Origin: Candidatus Bipolaricaulia bacterium
Lineage (GTDB): Bacteria > Bipolaricaulota > Bipolaricaulia > JBHIAT01
Direction: 5' to 3'
Length of the DNA stretch: 11,776 bases
NCBI GenBank assembly: GCA_046758705.1
Contig: JBHIAT010000119.1
Location: 1 to 11,776 of the forward strand
In this document: positions 1-7,510 of the stretch, one piece after another
Position numbering within the stretch: the stretch's first letter is position 1
Layout of the letters: each line of letters begins with the position of its first letter
Notes under the pieces: model-generated
The model's database searches: none
Seen by the model: only the letters and a program-made list of their open reading frames with translations
What the model was told of the DNA's origin: nothing
Made by a program: the position numbers and the translations under genes

Positions 1-741
1 CTGGAGCGAGCTGATGCCCTGATCGCCGCCTGCCGGGAGGCTGGGCTGAGACTCGGCGTCATCTCTCAACACCGATTTGACCCGGCGATCGTCACGCTGA
101 AGCGCGCGATCGATCAGGGTCGTTTCGGAAAACTCCTCCTCGGTGACGCTTATGTGAAGTGGCACCGCACCCAGGAGTACTACGACGAGGGCGGCTGGCG
201 CGGAACCTGGACGCTCGACGGGGGTGGAGCGTTTATCAACCAGTCGATCCACTTCATCGACCTGCTGCGCTGGTTGATGGGGCCGGTCAGGACGGTGTGG
301 GCCCGTACGGCCACCGTCGCCCATCAGATCGAGGCTGAGGACCTGGGTGTCGCGTTCTTGGAGTATGAGAGCGGGGCGTTCGGGGTGGTGGAGGGTGCAA
401 CCGCACTCTATCCCGGCCTCCCTGAGCGCATCGAGATCCATGGGGAGCGAGGCACGGTGGTGGTCGACGGACCGACGATCCGGGTCTGGGCGTTTCGAGA
501 GGGCGATCCACCGCCTGCCATGGAGGATGAAGGAGCAGGCACGGGCACGGGGAGCGGCGCTGCCGTGGCGACGGCGATTGAAATCGAGTCCCATCGGCGA
601 CAGATTGCGGACTTTGCCACAGCAATCCGTGAGGAACGCGATCCGGCGGTGACCGGAGAAGAAGGTCGTCGGACGCTGGAAATCGTCACCGCCATCTACC
701 GCTCGGCCAGACTCGGGCGACCCGTTTCGCTTTTCAAGTGA
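1..741 (+). CDS. Gfo/Idh/MocA family NAD(P)-dependent oxidoreductase, 5'-truncated by window edge
   Basis: Frame is open from base 1 (LERADALIAACREAGLRLGVISQHRFDPAI...KRAIDQGRFGKL), so the ORF-track start at 154 is internal. Family motifs: W-R-G-T-W-x-x-D-GGGAFINQSIHFIDLLRWLMG, EAED, IEIHGERGT, EEGRRTLEIVTAIYRSA. Stop TGA 739-741. Confidence 0.93.
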   Translation: MERADALIAACREAGLRLGVISQHRFDPAIVTLKRAIDQGRFGKLLLGDAYVKWHRTQEYYDEGGWRGTWTLDGGGAFINQSIHFIDLLRWLMGPVRTVWARTATVAHQIEAEDLGVAFLEYESGAFGVVEGATALYPGLPERIEIHGERGTVVVDGPTIRVWAFREGDPPPAMEDEGAGTGTGSGAAVATAIEIESHRRQIADFATAIREERDPAVTGEEGRRTLEIVTAIYRSARLGRPVSLFK

Positions 742-743
742 GC

Positions 744-772
744 TTGACAATGAGATCAAAGTGGGATATAAT
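744..772 (+). promoter_or_regulatory. sigma70-type promoter, perfect consensus, for ABC module 1
   Basis: TTGACA (744-749), 17-nt spacer, TATAAT (767-772); AT-rich intergenic region directly upstream of the SBP gene. Confidence 0.9.
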
Positions 773-888
773 ATAAACTCAAAGCAGTCCTGGTTTACAA
801 AACCGAAAGAAAGGGGGTGAAAATCGAGAAAATTGAAGGGAAAGGCTCAAATTCGGCAAGATTATCAATAAAAGGGGAGGTATTAACC

Positions 889-2235
889 GTGAAAGGTACT
901 TTGAAGATCCGGTGGTTTGTGATTCCGGTGGTTGTAGCGGTTCTCGTTGTCGGGGCCGTGGTGGATTCGCTGGCTCAAGATAAACAGAAGGTAAAAATTG
1001 CTCACTTCTATGACCCTATGGGAAGCGGGGATCTGCTCTCGAACTTTGAATGGCTGATGAGACAAATCGGGGGGTTCGAAGCTGAATTTTCGAACCTTAA
1101 GGTAGAGGATGAGATCTATATATGGAATCAGATCGATACCAAAGCGATGACCGACTTCAGGGCCGGTATTCCACACGACGTGATGTTGAGTTCCCCTCAG
1201 CTCATGCCGATGCACTTCCTGGTGGGCGATTACCTGGACCTCAGTCCATACATCAACCAATGGACGGTGGAGGAGTTCAAAGATTTTAGCTGGAGTCCGG
1301 TCTGGCAGAAAGCGGTACAGGGTGACGTTCAGCTCGCGATTACCACCGGCACGCATACGAGAGCCGTGGCCTATCGAAGGGATATGTTCGAGGAGGTCGG
1401 ACTGGATCCCAATCGGCCGCCGCAGACTTTGGAAGAGCTGGTGGAGTATGCGAAACGGTTAACGAGAGATATCGATGGGGATGGGAAGACAGATATCTGG
1501 GGATTGGGGATGTTCTTCGGGCCGTCACGGGCTACGATCGAACTTTTCGTCGCGCCGTTCATTTGGCACTTTGGAGGCCAGCTGTGGGATCCCAAGACCA
1601 AGAGAGCGGTATTTGCCTCGGAGGCCGGGGTCAAGGCGGCACAGTTCGTCTATGACTTGGTCTATACCTACAAGGTCACGCCGGAATTTTCGGTCACCGG
1701 AGGCTATGATGACCGGATCTTGGCCGACTTCCTGCAGGGCAAAACGGCCATGTCTTTTGGATATGGGAGTTACTGGATCGGAGCGCTGGAAAGTGAGGGC
1801 TTTATCGAGGGATGCTTCCCGGCTACGTCTGCCTGCACTCCAATCAAGGCCGATATATTCCTCAATCCAACAGCGCCCCAGGCAGCATTCACCAATGCCT
1901 GGTACTTTTCGATCCATAAGCTGAGCAAGAACCCGGATGCCAGCTTCGAGCTGATCGAATACTTGCTGCGCCCCGAGATTCTCAATGAGTTCCCCGACGC
2001 TGGCTTGCCCGCCCGGCTATCGTTGTGGGAACGTCCGGGGTACCAAACGCCCTTCTACCAAAAATGGCTGAACGCGGCGAGGAATGGGAGAGCTATGCCC
2101 CCCACAGCACATTATGGGGAGTTGGCAGACATCGTGGCCGTGGCCTTCCAAGAGATACTGGTCAATCAAGCCCCGATTGCGGCGACGCTGAAGAAGTTCG
2201 AAGACCAGTACAACGCGAGGTTCGCAGGCGAATAG
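889..2235 (+). CDS. carbohydrate ABC transporter solute-binding protein (CUT1/MalE-UgpB-like, family 1)
   Basis: Start reassigned from 817 to GTG 889 because of the strong RBS AAAGGGGAGG (871-880) followed by a signal peptide (KGTLKIRWFVIPVVVAVLVVGAVVDSLA/Q). Typical segments AYRRDMFEEVGLDPNRPPQTLEELVEYAKRLT and FLQGKTAM; followed by two MalF/MalG-type permeases. Confidence 0.92.
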   Translation: MKGTLKIRWFVIPVVVAVLVVGAVVDSLAQDKQKVKIAHFYDPMGSGDLLSNFEWLMRQIGGFEAEFSNLKVEDEIYIWNQIDTKAMTDFRAGIPHDVMLSSPQLMPMHFLVGDYLDLSPYINQWTVEEFKDFSWSPVWQKAVQGDVQLAITTGTHTRAVAYRRDMFEEVGLDPNRPPQTLEELVEYAKRLTRDIDGDGKTDIWGLGMFFGPSRATIELFVAPFIWHFGGQLWDPKTKRAVFASEAGVKAAQFVYDLVYTYKVTPEFSVTGGYDDRILADFLQGKTAMSFGYGSYWIGALESEGFIEGCFPATSACTPIKADIFLNPTAPQAAFTNAWYFSIHKLSKNPDASFELIEYLLRPEILNEFPDAGLPARLSLWERPGYQTPFYQKWLNAARNGRAMPPTAHYGELADIVAVAFQEILVNQAPIAATLKKFEDQYNARFAGE

Positions 2236-2274
2236 GATCCACATTCACACATTGAATGGCATCGGTGATGGATA

Positions 2275-3192
2275 GTGGATAGGGGTAAGCTTAAGCTCAT
2301 CAAGACCGTCAAAGGGAGCCTGTATGCTCTGAACCGATACAGGCTCCCGTATCTTTTCTTATTGCCCACCATCGTTATTTTGTCTGTCCTGCTGATTGCC
2401 CCGATCTTCTCCGGAATCTATATGAGCTTCCAAAAGACCTCCCTGCGGGGAACGACGGAGTTCGTCCAATTTCAAAATTACCGCTTTTTGTTCAATGAAA
2501 GCAGGTTTATTAACAATGTAACGCGCTCTTTACTTTATGTCATCGGAAATCTATCGCTATCGCTCCCACTCGCCTACACTGCGGCGTTGTTGGTCACCAG
2601 AAAGTTGGAGAGCATGCGGTTTTTCAGAGCGATCTTTTTGTTGCCATGGATTATCGCTCCGGTGGTGAGCGCCGTGCTGTTCAAATCGTTGGTCGATCCA
2701 TCCTTTGGACCGCTCACGCTGTTGTTAGGAAAGATCACGGGATCCAATCCTGTCATTTTGGCCGACTCTAATCTGGCCCTGCTCACGGTCATCGGACACA
2801 GCTTTTGGAGATCCTTCCCGTTCATGATGCTGTTCTTAGCCGCGGGCATTGTGACCATACCTCCCGAGTTTTACGAAGCGGCAAAGGTCGATGGAGCTGG
2901 CCCTTGGACCCAATTTAGATATGTGACGTTGCCGTTAACCCGGATTCATCTGGCCATTGTCCTGCTGATCATCACCATGTGGACCGTACAGGATGCTGAG
3001 ACCATCTATGCGTTAACGCAAGGAGGTCCAGGATATGGCACAGAGGTCACAGCGGTCCGCCTGTTTAAAGAGTCATTTGTCAATTTCGACCTGAATACCG
3101 GTGCGACGATCGGGGTTGTTTTGATCGTTGTCAGTGTCATCTTCATGGCCATCTATCTGAAGCTGGTGGGAAGGACGGAGTATCTTCAATGA
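2275..3192 (+). CDS. carbohydrate ABC transporter permease (MalF/UgpA-like)
   Basis: Multiple hydrophobic helices; PYLFLLP, FVQFQNY, EAA loop IPPEFYEAAKVDGAGPWTQFRYVTLPL, LTQGGPG. Exact start uncertain. Confidence 0.93.
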   Translation: MDRGKLKLIKTVKGSLYALNRYRLPYLFLLPTIVILSVLLIAPIFSGIYMSFQKTSLRGTTEFVQFQNYRFLFNESRFINNVTRSLLYVIGNLSLSLPLAYTAALLVTRKLESMRFFRAIFLLPWIIAPVVSAVLFKSLVDPSFGPLTLLLGKITGSNPVILADSNLALLTVIGHSFWRSFPFMMLFLAAGIVTIPPEFYEAAKVDGAGPWTQFRYVTLPLTRIHLAIVLLIITMWTVQDAETIYALTQGGPGYGTEVTAVRLFKESFVNFDLNTGATIGVVLIVVSVIFMAIYLKLVGRTEYLQ

Positions 3193-4010
3193 GTTCTTCG
3201 ATGAGGTCAACGAGGTTGGGAGACGTGATCAGTTGGATCGGGGTTATACTGGTGACCGTCTTTGTGTTATCTCCCATTCTCTGGGGGTTGAGAACGTCAT
3301 TGGCACCACGCTTCGATAAGGGGATTATTCCCAGTGACATAACCGTTGAGCACTACCAATTGATCCTTGCCAGGCCGGAATTCTTCATATATACCAAGAA
3401 CAGCTTGTTGGTTGCAGCAGGAGCGATAGCGATTACCTTGCCGGTGGCGCTGCTGGGCGGGTATGCGCTCGCTCGGTTCAACTTCCCGGGGAAGAATCTC
3501 AGCGTTCTGTTGTTGATCCTTCCGTTGCTGCCGGCGATCGCCATCCTTATCCCGTTGATCTCGTACGTCAATAAACTCGGTCTGTATAACACCCATGCGG
3601 TGGTGATCATGGCCAATGCGGTCTTCAATCTGCCATTTGCTATTTGGATGCTGAGAAACTTTATATTGATCAATCCGATTGAAATTGAGGAAGCGGCCAT
3701 GATCGACGGCTGCTCGAGAATACGCGTGCTTTATCGGATTGCGATCCCTATGATGACTCCCGGCTTGATCGCTGTGGCCGTCTTTGTCTTTATCACCTCA
3801 TGGAACAACTACTTATATGCGTTTGCACTGACTGCGTCCCCGGACTTGAGGGTCTTACCCCAGGGCATCCTGTCATTTATAGGCGTATGGGGGACCAATT
3901 ATGGCGGGTTGACCGCCATAGGGACTTTAGCCCTGATCCCGCCCGTCGCGTTGTTCCTGTTGTTCCAACGATGGTTCATCGCCGGGGTGTTCGGACAGCA
4001 GCTCAAATGA
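3189..4010 (+). CDS. carbohydrate ABC transporter permease (MalG/UgpE-like)
   Basis: ATGA overlap with the upstream permease; GYALARFNFPG, EAA loop PIEIEEAAMIDGCSRIRVLYRIAIP, FITSWNNY, LFQRWFIAG. Confidence 0.93.
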   Translation: MSSSMRSTRLGDVISWIGVILVTVFVLSPILWGLRTSLAPRFDKGIIPSDITVEHYQLILARPEFFIYTKNSLLVAAGAIAITLPVALLGGYALARFNFPGKNLSVLLLILPLLPAIAILIPLISYVNKLGLYNTHAVVIMANAVFNLPFAIWMLRNFILINPIEIEEAAMIDGCSRIRVLYRIAIPMMTPGLIAVAVFVFITSWNNYLYAFALTASPDLRVLPQGILSFIGVWGTNYGGLTAIGTLALIPPVALFLLFQRWFIAGVFGQQLK

Positions 4011-4317
4011 TCCTCCGGCCGAGCGGAAAACTCAGGCGGAAGTCGGCCGCTTGACCTGATATTTCCTGCACGCGAACAATCACCCCTTGCCCATCAGCCG
4101 CAGGTTTGAGGCCTACCAGGTGAACGTGGTCAGGCTCCAGGGACATGAAGCTGGCCTGCTCTGGCAGATGGATCGGTGCCGGGATGGTGCGGTGATCGAG
4201 TCCGGCCGGCCGGTCCCAAACCGGGCCCATCAACGGCTCTACGGCCGCTTCTGCCCCGAAACGGGTCGCTGCCACCGGATCGAAGGGTGACTCGTGGAAC
4301 AAGAGACGGTAGCGGAA
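4009..4317 (-). pseudogene. internal/C-terminal fragment of a glycoside hydrolase family 38 (alpha-mannosidase-like) protein
   Basis: Reads FRYRLLFHESPFDPVAATRFGAEAAVEPL...SFMSLEPDHVHLVGLKPAADGQGVIVRVQEISGQAADFRLSFP, matching the recalled GH38 C-terminal beta-sandwich pattern (SF-x-x-x-x-x-x-V-x-L-x-x-LKPAxDGxGxIxRxxExxG). No start or RBS; in-frame stop just upstream (4324-4326); runs into the permease stop codon. Confidence 0.7.
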
Positions 4318-4733
4318 ACGCGGTCAGCCAAGCCACCGCGTGGCTCAGCGAGTCCGACCTCAACGCGTCCGGATTGCCCCCCCGTTCGAGCCCCAGGTAA
4401 TAGCCAAGCAACTGGAATGGTAAGGTGAGCAGCAGCGGAGAGATCCACTCGTCAACGGCCCCGGGAATCTCGATCGTCTCGTCGGCCAACTTGCTGATCC
4501 CTTGGTCCCCCGCAAACGACGAGGTCGGGTTGTGTCTTGATATCCTCGATGAGGTAATAGGGGGGCTCATCCCGAGGTTCTTCTGTTCCGCGAATTAAGT
4601 ACCACAAGGGCATACGTCGAATTTCTTGCTTCAGCCAGCCCGGCACCGGGTTCTCTGGGGTCGGGCGTTCAGCGCCGGGGTGCTTGGCCAACAACGCCTC
4701 TGCCCACTTTGGCATCAATGGTTCCTCGGGCAT
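4310..4733 (-). pseudogene. SIS-domain sugar-phosphate isomerase/deaminase (GlmS C-terminal/NagB-II/FrlB-like) with large internal deletion and frameshift
   Basis: RBS GAGGAGG (4742-4748) before ATG 4733. The N-terminal frame reaches PYYLIEDIKTQPD, which resembles the 'M-x-x-E-I-x-E-Q-P' opening of SIS proteins. At ~4514-4523 it switches frame to the SIS C-terminus GDQGISKLADETIEIPGAVDEWISPLLLTLPFQLLGYYLGLERGGNPD. Both SIS cores are missing. Confidence 0.82.
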
Positions 4734-4778
4734 ACAGAGGACCTCCTCAATAGGGGATTTGATCGAAACTGGTGAGGA

Positions 4779-4807
4779 AGTATATAACATAGATAGGCTC
4801 TGTGCAA
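4779..4807 (-). promoter_or_regulatory. candidate sigma70 promoter for the SIS relic operon (divergent from nagA)
   Basis: Minus strand TTGCAC (4807-4802), 17-nt spacer, TATACT (4784-4779), about 45 nt upstream of ATG 4733. Confidence 0.55.
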
Positions 4808-4871
4808 ATGAAGGACATAAATAATCACAAAAGTTGCCTGTCAAGGCTGAAAGGAGGTGAATCGAGATCCA

Positions 4872-6044
4872 ATGGGTCAAATTCTGATTGAGAACGGCCG
4901 TGTGGTGAGACCGGATCACATTGAGCAGGCCGACCTGTGGATCTCAGACGGGAAGATCACGGAGGTCGGGGAAGTCGGCCAGATCGACCGGAGCCAACTT
5001 CCGAAGGACACGAAGAAGATCGACGCGAGCGGATTGTATATCTCCCCCGGTTTCATCGACCTCCAGGTCAACGGCGGCGGCGGGTATCAGTTTATCGATG
5101 GGGACGACGAAGCGGCTGCAAAGATCGTATCGTTTCACATCGCCCACGGCACGACCGGACTGCTGGCGACCTTGATCACTGCTTCGACCGAACGGATCCG
5201 CAAGGCGATCGAGATGGTGGGTGGCTGTCAAGCGGAGAGAGTGCCGGCGATCCTCGGCGTCCACCTCGAAGGGCCGTTCATCTCCGAGAAGCAAGCAGGA
5301 GCTCACGATCCAAAGTACATTAGAAAACCTTCCGTCGAGAGGTTCCATCGATTGATCGATGGATATGAAACTACAGGTCTGATCCGTATGGTAACGCTTG
5401 CCCCCGAGCACCCTGGTGCGGACCGGCTGATCGAGGCGATCTGTCAAATCGAGGCGATTCCATCGCTGGGGCACTCGAACGCCAGCTACGAACAGGCTCT
5501 AGAGGCGGTCCGCCACGGGATCAGAAGCTTCACTCACCTGTTCAACGCGATGCGCGGATTCCACCATCGAGAGCCGGGTGTGGTCGGAGCCGCTTTCGAT
5601 TCCGATGTCTCAGTCGGTCTGATCGCCGACGGGGTCCACCTCCATCCGGCGACCCTCGCGCTGGTGGTCCGGCTGAAGCGGATCGAGACGATCTATCTGG
5701 TGACCGATGCGGTCGCTGCAACCGGGATGAAGCCGGGACGCTATCGGTTGGGGGAGTTTGAGGTGGTGACCGATGAACGTTCAGTTCGATTGGAGGATGG
5801 CACACTCGCCGGGAACCTGCTGCCGATGGATCGGCTGGTCAAAAATATGGTTGAGCTGATCGGGATTGGAATCCCCCAGGTGGTGCGGATGGTCAGCTTG
5901 AACCCCGCCAGGCTGCTGGGAATCGACGATCGGACCGGGAGCATCGAGATAGGAAAGGATGCCGACATCGTAATCTTCGACGATCGCTTTGTGGTTCACC
6001 ATACACTGATTGCCGGGGAACCGGTCTACATTAAGGAAAACTGA
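4872..6044 (+). CDS. nagA: N-acetylglucosamine-6-phosphate deacetylase (amidohydrolase superfamily)
   Basis: Motifs PGFIDLQVNG, HGTT, GVHLEGPFIS, GAH, TLAPE, GHSNA, THLFNAM, HHREPG, IADGVH, LVTDA, GTLAG, NPARLLG, GKDAD. Start moved to ATG 4872; AAGGAGGTGA (4851-4860) is the RBS rather than the GTG start at 4857. Confidence 0.95.
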   Translation: MGQILIENGRVVRPDHIEQADLWISDGKITEVGEVGQIDRSQLPKDTKKIDASGLYISPGFIDLQVNGGGGYQFIDGDDEAAAKIVSFHIAHGTTGLLATLITASTERIRKAIEMVGGCQAERVPAILGVHLEGPFISEKQAGAHDPKYIRKPSVERFHRLIDGYETTGLIRMVTLAPEHPGADRLIEAICQIEAIPSLGHSNASYEQALEAVRHGIRSFTHLFNAMRGFHHREPGVVGAAFDSDVSVGLIADGVHLHPATLALVVRLKRIETIYLVTDAVAATGMKPGRYRLGEFEVVTDERSVRLEDGTLAGNLLPMDRLVKNMVELIGIGIPQVVRMVSLNPARLLGIDDRTGSIEIGKDADIVIFDDRFVVHHTLIAGEPVYIKEN

Positions 6045-6056
6045 AGTTTCACCATT

Positions 6057-6086
6057 TTGACTCACGAGAGCTAACCATGATATGAT
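6057..6086 (+). promoter_or_regulatory. candidate sigma70 promoter (extended -10) for ABC module 2
   Basis: TTGACT (6057-6062), 18-nt spacer, TATGAT (6081-6086) preceded by TG at 6078-6079 (TGn extended -10). Confidence 0.65.
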
Positions 6087-6118
6087 GGGTTAAAAATCCG
6101 ATGAGGGGGGTGGACGTC

Positions 6119-7408
6119 GTGAAAAAGGGGTGGACAATTTTCCTAGGTCTACTGGTGTTGGTTTTTGCTTTGAGTATTGCGGGCGATGCTGCCGAGCAGC
6201 GCATCGAGTTGGTGTTCTGGACCCATGAGGATCCCAACCGAACCGAGCTGGAAGAACTGTATATCAAATGGTTTGAATCCCTGCATCCGAACGTCACGAT
6301 CAAAAGGGTGACCTACCCTTCCAGGAACATGGAGGAGGTGGTTCTTACCGCGTTCGCAGCCCGCAAGGGTCCTGATATCTTCAATCTGGAGATCGAGGAT
6401 GCGTACCCTTACATCGTCAATAACCGTGTGGCATCCATCGATCCTCAGGCAGCGGGCTACGGGAACTTGCAGTCTATCTACGACGACTATCTGGCAGGAA
6501 CACTGGATGCGGTCACTCAGCGAGGGAAGCTTTATGGGCTTCCAATGGAGTTGACGAACTGGGCCATCTTCATCAACAAGAAGTATTTCCGGGAGGTCGG
6601 ACTTGACCCCGAAACGGACTACCCCAAAACCTGGGAAGAGATGATGGAAATTTCTGATAAACTCGCCATCCGCCAGGGAGATATCCTGGTGCGACGAGGA
6701 TTCGACTTCCGATACCCCTACCATCTCACCGGCTTGCTGCCCATGGTCGAACAGCTTGGGGGCACGTTGCTCAGTGAGGACGGTGAGACCGCCATCATCA
6801 ACGATGCAGCGTGGCTGCAGGTGTTGAGCTACCTGAAACAATGGGGCCCCAACGGGAGAAACCTCGGTTCACCCACTTATCAAAATGCTCGAAAGCTCTT
6901 CAATCACGATAATAACGATGTGGCGATGGCCCTGTCCGGCCTCTACCAGATCGGAAGAATCCGGAACGATAATTTGGAGTTTTTCGAGAGTGGTGAGTGG
7001 ATGGTCGTTCCGTTCCCAACATGGGAAAACGCGGTGAGCGACTATGGAGCGAACTACTACGGTCACTATTACATGGTCAACGCTGAATCTCCATCTGAGA
7101 AACAGGAATGGGCTTGGAGGTTTATCGCCTTCATGCTGGACCATCCTGACGAATATCTGCTGAACGCCGGCCTGGTTCAGCCCAAGAAATCTCTCTTTGA
7201 ATCGGAAGCGTATGCCTCGTTCCCGTACGTCGACGTATTTTCCGCTGACTTGGGGAGGTCGAAGATGGTCCCGTTGCATGTGGCCAATCCCAGATTCGAT
7301 GAATTGCTAAAGGAAGCTGTCGAATCGGTCATGCTGACCAACGCAACTCCGGAGCAGGCACTCGCAACCTTGAAGAGAAAGGCCAATCAGATCCTAAAGG
7401 AGCTATAA
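6119..7408 (+). CDS. carbohydrate ABC transporter solute-binding protein (CUT1, family 1)
   Basis: Likely GTG 6119 after the G-rich RBS GAGGGGGGTGG; signal peptide KKGWTIFLGLLVLVFALSIAGDAA; LVFWTH, FESLHPNVTIK, GPDIF, GKLYGLP, INKKYFREVGLDP..DYPKTWEE, AWRFIAFM. ATG 6101 is the alternative start. Confidence 0.93.
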   Translation: MKKGWTIFLGLLVLVFALSIAGDAAEQRIELVFWTHEDPNRTELEELYIKWFESLHPNVTIKRVTYPSRNMEEVVLTAFAARKGPDIFNLEIEDAYPYIVNNRVASIDPQAAGYGNLQSIYDDYLAGTLDAVTQRGKLYGLPMELTNWAIFINKKYFREVGLDPETDYPKTWEEMMEISDKLAIRQGDILVRRGFDFRYPYHLTGLLPMVEQLGGTLLSEDGETAIINDAAWLQVLSYLKQWGPNGRNLGSPTYQNARKLFNHDNNDVAMALSGLYQIGRIRNDNLEFFESGEWMVVPFPTWENAVSDYGANYYGHYYMVNAESPSEKQEWAWRFIAFMLDHPDEYLLNAGLVQPKKSLFESEAYASFPYVDVFSADLGRSKMVPLHVANPRFDELLKEAVESVMLTNATPEQALATLKRKANQILKEL

Positions 7409-7452
7409 CTAAGCAGTGGGGAAATCTAGCTAACCCCATGTGCAAGTTTTTC

Positions 7453-7500
7453 AGAAATAGGAGGCAGGAAACAGGACAATCCATCTCTTGCCTCCTTTCT
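7453..7500 (+). promoter_or_regulatory. intergenic stem-loop between SBP and permease (mRNA stabiliser or partial terminator)
   Basis: AGGAGGCAGGA (7459-7469) pairs with TCTTGCCTCCT (7486-7496) with one G-U pair, extendable with AGAAA (7453-7457)/TTTCT (7496-7500); only a short U-tract. Confidence 0.6.
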
Positions 7501-7510
7501 CATGTAGGAG

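Noticed and set aside
538..552. GGCACG tandem encoding GTGTG
   Set aside because: Only about 2.5 copies within a flexible loop; ordinary low complexity.
732..4010. Imperfect inverted match between module 1 ends (TCAAGTGAGC near 734-743 versus GCTCAAATGA 4001-4010) as terminal repeats
   Set aside because: 8/10 match partly due to stop codons; no transposase or target-site duplication.
4839..4844. Minus-strand TTGACA in the nagA/SIS intergenic region
   Set aside because: No good -10 hexamer at 16-18 nt spacing; the TTGCAC/TATACT pair fits better.
4130..4919. ORFs 4130-4570 (-) and 4452-4919 (-) as intact genes
   Set aside because: Each is a chimera: only part is SIS-derived; the rest is out-of-frame GH38 sequence, or intergenic/antisense nagA sequence.
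6069..7440. AGCTAACC(CC)ATG direct repeat on both sides of SBP2
   Set aside because: Only 8 bp exact; compatible with chance and no supporting recombination features.
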